NCBI GenBank assembly: GCA_910592345.1
Contig: CAJVPI010000146.1
Span: 1 to 49,000, forward strand
Source: Paraglomus brasilianum
Lineage: Eukaryota
Length of the DNA stretch: 49,000 nucleotides
Direction of reading: 5' to 3'
Every line of letters starts with the position of its first letter. Position 1 is the first letter of the stretch. Shown here in pieces: positions 37,895 through 49,000 of this stretch. A program made the position numbers and the translations under genes. The notes under the pieces are model-generated. The model was not told the DNA's origin. It did not search any database and saw nothing but the letters and a program-made list of their open reading frames with translations.

Positions 37895-38280
37895 TAACAC
37901 AAAAGTTTAATAGCAAAAACATATGAAAAGTCTTTCTTCTCCTGCTCTTGTGTTCTATGCAAAGTGCAAGAATTTTTGTATGGTTCTAAAGCTAATTGAT
38001 TGTGCTTTTCGGAATAACAATAAAATTTTGCAAGCAAGTTGAAGCAGCTGTCTTTAAATCACGATGCGAAAATATATGATTATATACGTATAGCACGTAT
38101 ACTCACACTTCGTCGAGCTATTAGCTTATAACAATAACTTATAAAATTTTATTGCTATTATTTTCAAAAAACATAATCAGAATCATGCAAAGATTATTGC
38201 ACTTTGCATAGTACACAGGAGCAGGAGAGATTTTTGAAAAGAAAGACTTTTCATATGTTTTATTATTAAGATTTGCTGTA
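37895..38280. mobile_element. Degenerate copy of the 31085-31791 foldback family
   Basis: Shares AAACATATG, AAGCTAATTGATTGTGCTTTTC, TAGCACGTATACTCACACTTCGTC and GGAGAGATTTTTGAAAAGAAAGAC. Confidence 0.8.
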
Positions 38281-38726
38281 CATCTACGTATAAGTTTAGT
38301 TAGACTTGTCGAGTTTTCCTGAAAGTTGTTATAAAGGCATATTGTTCCTTCGTTTTTGAAAGTTGGCCTGTGGTAAGGATCGTTGATACGGCAAATAAAA
38401 TTTAATATTGACACACGTGGGCGTTGCACAAGATCCGCAAAATTAACTTACTCCGCATGCGACCCTGCGTATCAGCAGATCACACAATATAATAAAAAAG
38501 GCGAATTCCCGATATTTAATATAACCTGTTCATTTATTTTCCTGATGAATAACAAAATATCCGGTCATAATTGTTTGTGAATATCTGCAATTTAGCGAAC
38601 CTTAGAAGAGTTTGCATAGATAAACTTGTGTTTGGAAAAATTACATAGTAAAGTCTTGTCTGTTTAACGACTTACAATCGATTAAAGAAAACAATATTAT
38701 ACGTATTCACACCAAATTTACGTTTT

Positions 38727-38748
38727 GCGTGTGTATGTGTGTGTCTTA

Positions 38749-38781
<33 letters not shown>

Positions 38782-38799
38782 GTATGTGTATGTGTGTGT
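38727..38799. repeat. (TG)n/(TATGTG)n microsatellite
   Basis: Directly visible tandem repeat 3' of HMG copy 2. Confidence 0.9.
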
Positions 38800-38857
38800 T
38801 TTCTTTTTCCATACTCATACGTCAATTCCGTAAAACTAGTTTCATTCTTTGTTACAA

Positions 38858-39751
38858 TTATTTAATCAATTTTCCATTCAAACCCATAATGTTAATATTG
38901 GCAGGCAGTGAGTAAAAATATTCTTGAGGAGGAGTTTGCGCAAACATTTGAGCAGGCCATTGGGAGATTGCAAACCAAAATGGGTTGGTATTATAACAGT
39001 GCTCTGGATAAATCGTTCGATGTATTGTATCACAGTTGCTTGCCTCATTTTGGCATACGTCTTCAACCCCAGTGTCAACAAACATGCTGTCACATTCGAC
39101 ATCTTCACTAATACTGTTGATGTGCAAATTTACGTTATTTTCCAGACGCTGATTATGTTGCTGTTCAATAATGGCAGATTCATCCAATCGATAACATGTA
39201 TCATTATTTCCGTGGTCTCCGTAAGCAATCCTGTTATTATTCCCATTGCCAACGAATGCACTTTTATTTATATTTTTGAACAACCAGGTTTCACTTTTAC
39301 CTTTTGGCTTGTACCTATAACCAGGAAAGGCAGCTTTGTGTCGCAGTCGAGCCAATTTAGAAAGGACCTTAAAATACAGTTTGACAACTTCCGGCATTTT
39401 CGACCAATGCTCGCTGGCCATTTTTGAGATTTCATTAACAGAATGTAACAAATTGGGGTGTTGAGTTCGTAATCGATTTTCAAAGTCTTTGCGAAAAATA
39501 ACCCACGCATTTTGAGGACGAGGGGGAGAGTTTTTTCTAAAGCGGTTTTTTCGAGGATTGAGGAGTTCGTCAAGAGGTATTGTGACTATATGTGGAGGCT
39601 TAAGTAAAAGGTTACGTTCATAAACGGTAAGATTATTGATCAGATTCATTGTTGAAAAGCCAAGCATAGTAAGCGATGGAGTTGGACTATTGTAAGAGCA
39701 AACTTTAGGCAAAGCTGGCGCCGGCTTAATTGGAATAAAGTGGGTAGACAT
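38858..39751 (-). CDS. MATA-HMG box transcription factor (copy 2)
   Basis: Intronless 297-aa ORF; PPRPQNAWVIFRKDF...EISKMASEHWSKMP...HKAAFPGYRYKPK. Confidence 0.92.
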   Translation of the reverse strand: MSTHFIPIKPAPALPKVCSYNSPTPSLTMLGFSTMNLINNLTVYERNLLLKPPHIVTIPLDELLNPRKNRFRKNSPPRPQNAWVIFRKDFENRLRTQHPNLLHSVNEISKMASEHWSKMPEVVKLYFKVLSKLARLRHKAAFPGYRYKPKGKSETWLFKNINKSAFVGNGNNNRIAYGDHGNNDTCYRLDESAIIEQQHNQRLENNVNLHINSISEDVECDSMFVDTGVEDVCQNEASNCDTIHRTIYPEHCYNTNPFWFAISQWPAQMFAQTPPQEYFYSLPANINIMGLNGKLIK

Positions 39752-40097
39752 AGTGTTGTTTATTGTTTAAGCATAAATATTAGGTTTAGAAGCTGACGAC
39801 TGTCGATAAAGATATTCGTTCTTATATAAGAATCGGAACACATGCAAAAAAAAAAAAATACGCTGTGTAGAACTTGAACTACTTAATCAATCCCTTAATT
39901 AACAATCATATAATTCGAGATGTTGCGTTTCTTATTAGACATATTCGAGGTAACCGACCCATCATCTGTTCTCATAGTAACTTGACATAATCCGCAAGCA
40001 GTAGGAGAGGACAGATTATTATTATGACAAGAGTGATAAATAAAATCAAGTCTTTTGGAGCAGACGAAAAATAATAAATAACGTACTTCAATAATAT

Positions 40098-40340
40098 GGG
40101 TCCGGTTCATCGGGAGGTAATCATTTCACCAACAATCATTTCACCAACACTATACTGTCGGTGAAATGATTGTCGATGAAATAATACGGATCCGGTTCAT
40201 TTCACCGATAATCATTAACTATAGTTATAATCATTTCACCGACAGTACGTAAATTTCATCGAAAACCAATGATAAGTGGGATAAAAATATGTCACGTGAA
40301 ATGACTGTCGGTGAAGTGAAATGATTGTCGATGAAATAAT
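40098..40340. mobile_element. Nested MITEs of the TTTCACCGACA family
   Basis: An 82-bp element at 40111-40192, flanked by CGGTTCAT (40103-40110 / 40193-40200), sits inside the left end of a related larger element. Confidence 0.75.
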
Positions 40341-41421
40341 AATATGCATATGTACTAGACCGATTGACCAATGAGAATATCATATCGGTTTAATGACCAG
40401 AACACATAATAATAACATGTAAATCTGATAGCCTTTAGCTTAAAAAATCGACCACATGTTTAATACAAACGAAATAACTTTTATTAGAGAAAGTGTCGAT
40501 CATGTATTACCGCAGATATATATTATAACGAAGCATTAACTAACATGCGTCTTTTATCAAGATGAGCGAATCCATACATGCATCATTCCGTTTGGTCTAT
40601 TAGAAATTTCCATGTACTGATAAGTAAAGGCATGCAAAGCTTTCTGTATTTTGCATCAGTTCCGAACAATAGACAATGTCTAAATCATGATTTGTCATTT
40701 CTTGGAAACATTATCGAAAAAAAGGAAAGAAGACCGTACAGAATCTTTGGTTATTACTGTAATATTGTCTACGAAGCGTCGTAGGTACCTTATTATTATT
40801 AATTATTAATCACTGTAACACAATGGATGCATAAACCATTATTCCGACATATGTTTATAATTTCCGAATGTCTTGTTAAGCTAAATGATTTCACGTCATT
40901 TGTTTTTGGTAAGCAAGCTGATTTGCGCTTGCGGACAGTGACGTATACATCCTCGGTTTGGAAATTAAATTATCCAGCTAATTAATTTAACAAAACTTTG
41001 TCTGCTCGCCTGCTCTAGACTGAAGTAACTACCAGCAAAATTAATCGGTAATGTGTTCGGGCATATACGATACCGATTTCAATCGGGGAGTTTCCGTACA
41101 CCTTTTAAAACAATCAATTTAACATCACTAAACATTTCTGCGTGTTTACATTATTTAAAAGAGCAAACCTAAAACAATATAAATCCTCTGTCTCCATGCA
41201 TTCATCACAAATATCGGTCTTCGCCAAGAATAAGTTTAATTAATTATCTGTTTTTTAATTCTCTCTGTTTGTGAACCACTATTATCACTATTGTTAGCAG
41301 GTGCTTCCAAATTCCAATAATGTGGCATAATTTTGTTTCATCTCTCGGATCGTATGTAAATATCGTATTCCACTCTATTCATAGGATACATATTACTGTA
41401 TTAGGCAAAACCAATAACCTA

Positions 41422-42784
41422 CAGACCCCTGACAATGGTATTGGTGGATCAGCTGATCTGCAAAATTTTCTGATGACATTGTAATTGAGAGCGAACCAGA
41501 TTAGCAAATTAAGTAAAAAAAATGTGTTAAAAACCTTAGAACGTGTTGTTTTAAATAATCAAATTTGCTTTCAATCATTCAAGCGAAAGCAAAATGCCAA
41601 AGACGATAGAGCTTACAGAGATCGAACGTGCGGAAATAGTCGGTGCTTCAAAGTTTGGCAATCAGTGTTGCTGAGATCGCCAGACCCTGAATCGACGGTT
41701 AGAAACGTTTTCAACATGTATAAGCAGTATGGGACGGCTAGAAATACTTCTGGAATAGGAACATCGAAATCCATGAGTGAGAGAGATAAGCGGCATCTAA
41801 AATTGATCGTACGAAAAGATCGTAGAGCTGTTCTTGCTGAAATAGCAAATAAGTAAACAGCTTCAGACGGAAACCTGTTTGCGAACGTACGGTGCAAAGA
41901 GCACTACACAAAGAGGGTTATTATGGACGTATTGGGGTAAGAAAACCATTGACCAGTTTAAAAAAAGGCCAAGTTTTTGTAGGGAGAGAGTAAATTGGAC
42001 GGCTGAGTGGAATAACATCATATTCAGCGATGAGTCACAATTTAAATCAATCGTCTTAAAAGAGTATGGCGGCTACCAAATGAAAGGTATAATATAGACT
42101 GCTTGATTTGTGTGTAATTGTGTTGGTCCACTAGTTTACTCGAGGGTAAGGTTACAGCTGCAGTATACTTAAGAAACGCCATGGGTTTTCAAGATGACAA
42201 TGGCCCAATTCATAGAACGAGAGCAGTTGTCACGTTTAAAGAAGATAATAATATAGCCTCACTTCCCTGCCCCACCCCAAAGTCCCGATCTTAATCCCAT
42301 CGAACATTTATGGGATGAATTAGAAAGGCGATTAAGAAAGCGTTCTTATAACCAAAAAACCTTTTAAAGTTTTAACAGAAGAATGGAATAGAATAGAACC
42401 AGAAAAATTGACAAATTCGGTTGATAGCATGCCACTGCCGTAATAAAGGCTAAGGGCAATCCTACCTATTATTGATTGTATGAATACATAAACCTCTTTA
42501 TACCGATACGAGTGGCACGGGCCATTTTTATCGGTATAACCAGTTTATCGGTATAATCAGAGGCCCTCTTTATAACAGTACAATCTAATAGGACTATTCG
42601 GGTAAACGAAACTTTATCGGTATAAACCAATTATCGGTATAAAGAGGTTTGACTGTAGATGACATTTTTAATAAGTAAACTGAATTTGTTCGTAAATTAT
42701 TATGTAGATTGACAAGTGAATTTATGCTAAATATCAATTTTCAATGATCTGCAAAATCCACCAATACCATTGTCAGGGGGACTG
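41422..42784 (+). mobile_element. Tc1 (DD34E-type) element with decayed transposase
   Basis: TIRs CAG(A/T)CCCC(C)TGACAATGGTATTGGTGGAT with TA flanks. From ATG 41594: MPKTIELTEIERAEIVG, IIFSDES, FQDDNGPIH, SPDLNPIEHLWDELERR, KAKGNPT. Many frameshifts. Confidence 0.92.
42487..42655. mobile_element. pogo-type MITE nested in the Tc1 element
   Basis: AAACCTCTTTATACCGATA ... TATCGGTATAAAGAGGTTTGACTG|TA; internal TTATCGGTATAA repeats. Confidence 0.8.
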
Positions 42785-42792
42785 TATATGTA

Positions 42793-43238
42793 CAGTAGTA
42801 GCGGAAAATAATATTTCTCAGTTGAGATGCATTCGTTATACATAAAATTATAATAATCAATTATTATTTCCCTCTTTCAATAACAGTCTAGTCTCTAAAC
42901 ATTTTTCCCTTCCAGAACATAGATTTGCTAGAATAGATTTATCAATATTATCCCTTTCTGATAAAATAATCGATAAAAGGCACTAATCCAATTAATTTTT
43001 TTTTACCAATAATGATACGAATACGTTGATTTACCAATTTTTTCCCTTCATTATTGCTCATAAGCCTTCTATAAAGTTTAGGTCAGGTCAATCAAGAATT
43101 TACGAAAGTAAACAAAAAACGCGTTGTTGGTTCAGATATTATCTTATGTAACTTTCTATGCATAAATTCTTCATAGTAAACAAAACAGAAAATATGTAAA
43201 TATTAGTAAAATAATGCAATTATTTTCCGCCATTACTG
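42793..43238. mobile_element. Tc1/mariner-type MITE
   Basis: TA|CAGTAGTAGCGGAAAATAAT ... ATTATTTTCCGCCATTACTG|TA (20 bp, 2 mismatches). Confidence 0.8.
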
Positions 43239-44561
43239 TATATGGCTTTGTAAAATGTTGATGCATATATAATAAATACAATACTAATTAATAAATCCAC
43301 AATGGGAAGGTATTTAGCAATCTATATAAGAATAATTTGTCCTTCCAATAAGTTAAAATGACACAAACCTTTGTGAGTAACAAATTCGGGTTGTAAATAG
43401 AAATGTTCCTACATGATGGGATGTCCGGCTATTTCTGGTGGTTATGATGTAACGGTAACGTATTAAGGTAACGTATAGTACAATATTAGAGGATTGGCTT
43501 AATATTTTACCCAAAGTTAGAAATCACGGGACAGGCACATACGTTCTCTAACTATTAGCGAGGCTAAATTATAGAGATCCGCGTTGTGTAAGAATTCCTT
43601 TTTTGATAGCAGACTTGGACTTTTTAAAACGTTCGCAAAGTTTATTGTTAAATTCGAATAATAACAATGCCAAGTACTGTAGCAAACAGAACCAAAATTC
43701 TTGGTCCTCATTTAACGAACAAGAAGTTGTAAATAAAAAAATCGGATATAAAAAAAAACGCATTTGGTTTTTCATGTTTCAAAAAGCAAAGCAAAAATAT
43801 ACATGAATGCCAAATGCTTTGCGTTGCGCGCAATAACGCTAGGAATTCTCGGCATTGCATTGTTACCCTTAACATTCAATTATATTTGAATATTTGCTTT
43901 ATATAATATAATATATATTATATTTGTTTATCTATTTGACGTAATAATAAAAACTTGTGATAGAAAAGGTGTAATGTTATGTGTGTGTGTGGGGGGGGGG
44001 GGGGCACATGCGCGGATAATAATTTTTCAAGCGGCGATCGGGAAATATGACTTCCTGTTTTAGATGCTTTTTCTGCAACCGGATATGGTTACAAGTACAA
44101 AGAATTGGAGACTTTGTTAAGTGGAGAGAGATCCATCACCTGAGCCAATAATGCAATGGAATGTATCACAGAAATCGTAAAAAGTTTATTGCAATCCATA
44201 TCTGGTATTTTACATAAAAAAATTTTTTTCTTACTCAATAACGACACAGTTTTTAATTTTTGTCTAACAATAAATATAATACACATAAACCCACTTTTTG
44301 TTATAAACTTATATTAGAGAATAAGAATGGCTTGTTTTCTTATAAACCGAGTTAGATCACATGATCTCAAACCCAGTTCCAGGGTAATAACCTGAATGCT
44401 TAAACTTCGTGCTACTCAATGCTCAATGTACATAGGCTTAATTACATGTGTGATAAAGTTCCCAACAAACATAAAAAACCGTCTTATCGGCTATACAAAA
44501 AAAAGCGTAGTATAATGGAATGGTCTGGAAAAACACAAGAAACCTATATGGGGAATTTTTA

Positions 44562-45434
44562 TCAATAATATGGATGAAATAAATCGATAGATATATTTTG
44601 TTGTATGTTTTGTATGTTTTGTATGGTTTGTATGTTCTGTATATTTTGTTGGATAAAATATGTACAATATAGTCCTGTCGCACCGGAATCACTTTCAAAC
44701 CATGTGTGTGTGGGTTTGTCATCACTTATAATAAAGTCACCATCAGTGTCCCTGGTGTACAACCTTCCGTCGTCGGTCTCCAACAGTAAATCGGGGTACT
44801 GTTCAACGTCCAATTCATTCGCTTGATAAACACATTCGCTCTCATAATCGGGGTTGTATTGATCGATGCTACGTCTGCTTTCCTCGCACACATTCTCGCT
44901 ACTGCTGCTACTATGATCCATAAACGCATCCTTGTTCAAATTTTTGAACAAGGCTTTAGACCTTCTAGGACGTCTGGCATGTCTAGATTTTCTTGGTTGG
45001 TAAGTGTAGTCGGGATACATAATATTATGTTGATATAGAGCCAATTTAGCAAGCACGCGAAAGTACTGTTTGACATTGCTCGGTTGGTTTTTCCAGTGTA
45101 CGCCGGCAATTGCCGAGATCTCATGAAGAGTGTACATTGCATTAGGATGTTGGGCGCGTAGCTGACTTTCGAAATCTTTGCGAAAGATAACCCATGAATT
45201 CTGAGGACGAGGAGGAAGATCTTTCTTGAAACGAGTGCGGCGATGTTTGGGGATGGGATTTAAAAGAGTGTCAATTGGAAGAGTAAGAATGTAGGGAGGG
45301 GCAGTCAGGAGACTTAATTCGGAATGAGTAAGGCAGCTAGTATAGCAGGCAGATTGAAAGATGGAATCGTTGGATTGATCGTTAAAGGATCCAACATTGG
45401 AAAACGTTGTCGTTACGGCGTTGTAGGTAGACAT
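44562..45434 (-). CDS. MATA-HMG box transcription factor (copy 3)
   Basis: Intronless 290-aa ORF; PPRPQNSWVIFRKDF...EISAIAGVHWKNQP...HNIMYPDYTYQPRK; C-terminal (QNI)n repeat. Confidence 0.92.
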   Translation of the reverse strand: MSTYNAVTTTFSNVGSFNDQSNDSIFQSACYTSCLTHSELSLLTAPPYILTLPIDTLLNPIPKHRRTRFKKDLPPRPQNSWVIFRKDFESQLRAQHPNAMYTLHEISAIAGVHWKNQPSNVKQYFRVLAKLALYQHNIMYPDYTYQPRKSRHARRPRRSKALFKNLNKDAFMDHSSSSSENVCEESRRSIDQYNPDYESECVYQANELDVEQYPDLLLETDDGRLYTRDTDGDFIISDDKPTHTWFESDSGATGLYCTYFIQQNIQNIQTIQNIQNIQQNISIDLFHPYY

Positions 45435-47625
45435 GAATGTAGTGATATCAAGTTGATTGATGGACGATGAAGTGTAGATTATGAGATATGATATTGTATC
45501 GTTATGTTCTTTGAAAGATGGTGGGGGGTAAATAGAAACATTCGACAGGTATATATAGAGTTTAATAAATATACAGGATAATTTACAATCAATACGGGTT
45601 GGTTTCGTAAACCGGAAGAAAAATTATTACAATGTATCACAATTGTTGTGTTACACACCACGGAGGATGAAGGTTTATGCGATATTCAAAGCCGGATTTG
45701 TAATTAGTATGAATTTGCCTGTTTTTCAAAGGCAGACTTGCAATTTTGCCAATTGACTATTTAAAGTAGGCCCAAAAAGACGGGTTGCATCTGAATGGGA
45801 GGGGTTTTCGACGGCAAGGTCGGTCGACTATGCTAAACCAAGTCTCTCTGAATTGATGATGTCAGTCAGACGAGTCATTGTTACGATAATCATGATCGTC
45901 ATGATGGAAAACAAACGACCCAAACAAGTAAAATCTAAAAACTGGTGATTTGCAACTACCAAAAGAAGATACTTGTCGTCAATTTACTAAAATTATCATC
46001 ACCCAATGCCCTGCAAGCATGGGTTTGTAGTATATAAACAATAAGTCATTATGAATTGTGTCCAAGTTTTTGTGCATCCATTGGGCGGTCTTGTTTGTTG
46101 CAAAGATGGCCGTATCGATTGTCTTTGTTCACGTATTATTCCTGTCAAACTGGATGAACTAACAACCGGAAGAGAATGTAAACACCAAAGGGGTACGGTC
46201 ATACCGTTAAAGTGGTTCGTTGCATGGAAATAATAGGCATCGCACGCGCCTTTGTTTATTTTTGTTCACAGTTCGGATGGCTCCCCTAAGGTCAGGGTTA
46301 TGCATGTTTCCTGATTGGAATTACGCCAGATCGCCAATCGACGCCCCACTTTTGCTTTTCTGTACAATTTCCCCCATACTCCATTATTGCACAGATGTCT
46401 TCATGTGAATGATCGCCGTTTCCAAAATGTGTATTTACCTGTTTGTGACCAAAGAGACAACAGCATGCAAGAAATGATCGACTCCTTGTATATGGCCGAC
46501 TATTTGGCATGGAAAAAAAACTCTTATAGTTTGCCATGCATGCCAACACATATCAACACATACAAACACATACCAACACATACCAACACCAACACATACT
46601 AATAACACTAATACTATAACTTAACATAAACAATACACACACGATTCTATTATTATTATCCACTCCACAAACCTGTTAAACCTGTTCCTAGTTGGTTTGG
46701 CTCGGTTATTTTTGTTCCATGTGTTCAATGCCTATTCCGCCCTCCCCACATTACACAATTATTGATTGGTGCACTAGACTATGGGGTAAATCCCACGCAA
46801 AGGTTTGAATGGGTGAAAAATCATCGTGTGAGGAAAATTTCTCAAGACAAAGAAATCTCAACACAGAAATCCCAACACAATGCGAAAATCTATTATCCGT
46901 TCTCGGGTATTATTATACAATGTAAACATCTTGTGAAGTTACACTGCTAAAAAAGGATATTTGGGCAAGTTAATGACAAAAGAGAATGGAATTCGTTGAA
47001 TAATAGCAAGGTACAAGGTATTATTGCAGATATGTAACTGGTAATCGTTTGAGAATGTTAATGTACACAGAAAATGGCCTGATTTTTGATAACGGGGAAA
47101 GAAAAGAAATACCATACCTGCTCTAACTGTAAAGGCATTAGCATAACGCGCGCCTGCCATGTAAAGGAAATCAATCCATTTACATTGGGCATCTCAGTTC
47201 CCCAATTCATGAACATTCTAAGCAAGAATGGCTAATAAGGAAATTGGCAGATAGTAATAGCATTAAGCATGCCTGCTGGAAACGTTAGAATGAACGTTAA
47301 TACGCCGGTTGTTAAGTGGCGCCCCCGAAATATTGTCCGCGAGGAAAACAATACAACTTAATGCTTTATTCAAATTTACAACCGCCAAAAATCAACTATG
47401 CGATTTCTCGTGGACGTTGAGATTGAAAATTTGCACGTGGTTTTCTAGAGTGTAAAATTGCTCGTTTAGTTTTAATTGCTCCCATGTCAATTACTTGCAA
47501 GTCAGATTCATGCTGTCGCCATCTGTGCATGTGCGAATCTGCAATATTATGCGTGGTTTCCATATCCGGCGGCTCATTACGTCAACATCCCAACGCTATA
47601 CTAGCAATTAGACTCAACTCCAGAC

Positions 47626-48844
47626 ATGACCACCACGTCGCCCACTGTACACTTTTTGTCGCAAGTATGTCTTAGCACCTACTGCGAAAGGGATTGGATA
47701 ACATAATAGATCACATACAATATACCAACTAACGTACATATTCAACAGGAAACGACTACACTAATAGTAAAAAACCTCCCCAATCTACCCGAGCAAGACA
47801 TACACGAGTTTCTGAGACACTTTGGCGCGCAGGATATACGAATACTCAATTCACAGCACTCGGTAAGTTAGGGAAATTCGCAACATAAGCTTAAACAGCA
47901 CTGGAATCTCGAGTCCTCGTTCCCATCTAACAGACAATCGTTATATTGAAAAGCCGCATTCAGCCTTTATAGACTATCCCGATCGTCATACAGCAGCAAC
48001 AGCATTCCAAAAGATTAGTTCGCTCGAGCCTGTTTACGGAAAGAAGATACGCGTAGAATATGCATTGCCATCTCACGCAACGTTGGTTAGGGACAGATCG
48101 AATAGGGAGGAAGCAAGCGAAGAAAGAGACGGCGGAAAGAACGAAGCCGGAGAGAGTGCATCATGGAATCAGAAAGATACTATGCAAACAACCGGACTAC
48201 AGTCGCATCAACAAATTCAACAACTACAATCGCAGCAACTACCACCACCACAACAGCAACAACCATCGTCACAACCACATACACAACTATTACCACATAT
48301 GGCAAATATAATACCATCAATGGCTTCGTTTGATCCGTCATCTACGTCTTCCTCATACGCACCATACTCACATCCTCCGCCGCCGCCGCCGCCGCCACCA
48401 CCACCACCACCTCCACCGCCTGAGCCTGTTGCGCCTTCATTGGGGTAATGTATGTGTGGTTACGGGAGTAGTGATTTGATAGCAAAGGAAAAGTCAGTCT
48501 CTATCGTAAGATTTGAGCAAGACTATTGATAAAGAGTCGTCTGCTTACTCTCGCCCGATATCTGTTCCTGCACTTTCCGTCTCTTTACCCCTCTTTCTCA
48601 CCCCCCCCCCCCCTTTAATCTACATATCTAAATTCAAAAATATCTTTTATTTTTTAGAATAAACTATCCCTCAAATCCCCACTTACACTATCGCTATCCT
48701 CCACCAACAGTAGAAATTCTCCAAAACATTACATCTGCCATTGCTGCAGTTCCGCGGCTCTACACTCAAGTATTGCATTTGATGAATAAGATGAATTTAC
48801 CGCCGCCGTTTGGGCCCGTTTATGAAAACAGTGTCCCGGAATTG
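47626..48844 (+). CDS. RNPC3: U11/U12 snRNP 65K protein (RBM40), 5' part; runs off the window
   Basis: RRM1 TLIVKNLP...FLRHFGAQDIRIL|PHSAFIDY...RVEYA, polyPro, then EPVAPSLG|INYP...YRYPPP...IAAVPRLYTQVLHLMNKMNLPPPFGP (the RNPC3 signature); GT-AG introns. Confidence 0.93.
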
Positions 48845-49000
48845 GTAAGAACGAAATGGGGTTGATCAAAAAAGTGGGGGGGGGGGGGGGGGGGGGGGGG
48901 AAGAAAAAAAAAGGGGGGGGGGTTGTGTTTTTTTTTTTCCCCCAAATTTTTTGGGGGGGGATTTTTTTTTTTTTTTTATTAATTTTTTTTTTTTTAACCC

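Noticed and set aside
34474..39427. Plus-strand ORFs overlapping the HMG genes
   Set aside because: Antisense shadows with no recognisable motifs
34435..47626. Canonical Mucorales sex locus
   Set aside because: No triose-phosphate transporter or RNA helicase flank, and three HMG genes rather than a single idiomorph
48445..48658. Three ATATCT motifs in an RNPC3 intron as a possible USSE
   Set aside because: None matches RTATCCT well; spacing is irregular and one lies in the acceptor tract
48850..49000. Long G/A/T homopolymer runs (G-quadruplex or telomere?)
   Set aside because: Looks like low-quality contig-end sequence; no regular repeat unit

Overview
AT-rich, intron-containing fungal DNA, most likely Mucoromycota/Glomeromycotina (inferred from tandem MATA-HMG genes, a CRN-like kinase, a TLDc remnant and the TE types). 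Layout: (1) 1-6 kb is transposon debris: an internally deleted Tc1, a Ginger-like C-terminus, TA-flanked MITEs, and a decayed IS607-type element whose serine-recombinase TnpA frame overlaps a Fanzor2/TnpB N-terminus. (2) 6-19.5 kb is a gene island: ALG12, EPL1, a stand-alone Rap1-type Myb gene, a candidate H/ACA snoRNA complementary to 25S rRNA around the yeast U2944 site, YAR1-like ankyrin, MHR1/mL67 (probable GC-AG intron) and a Cys-rich single-pass membrane protein. (3) 19.5-34 kb is accessory: a Polinton/Maverick-like viral remnant with an A32-type packaging ATPase, a CpG-depleted SAM-REase-kinase CRN-like pseudogene, a Sola-like transposase relic, a TLDc fragment and many MITEs. (4) 34-45.5 kb holds three co-oriented, intronless MATA-HMG genes separated by MITEs and a Tc1 element. 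(5) The 5' part of RNPC3 (U11/U12-65K) runs into a low-quality contig end. All calls come from reading the sequence by eye and from remembered family motifs; no searches were run.
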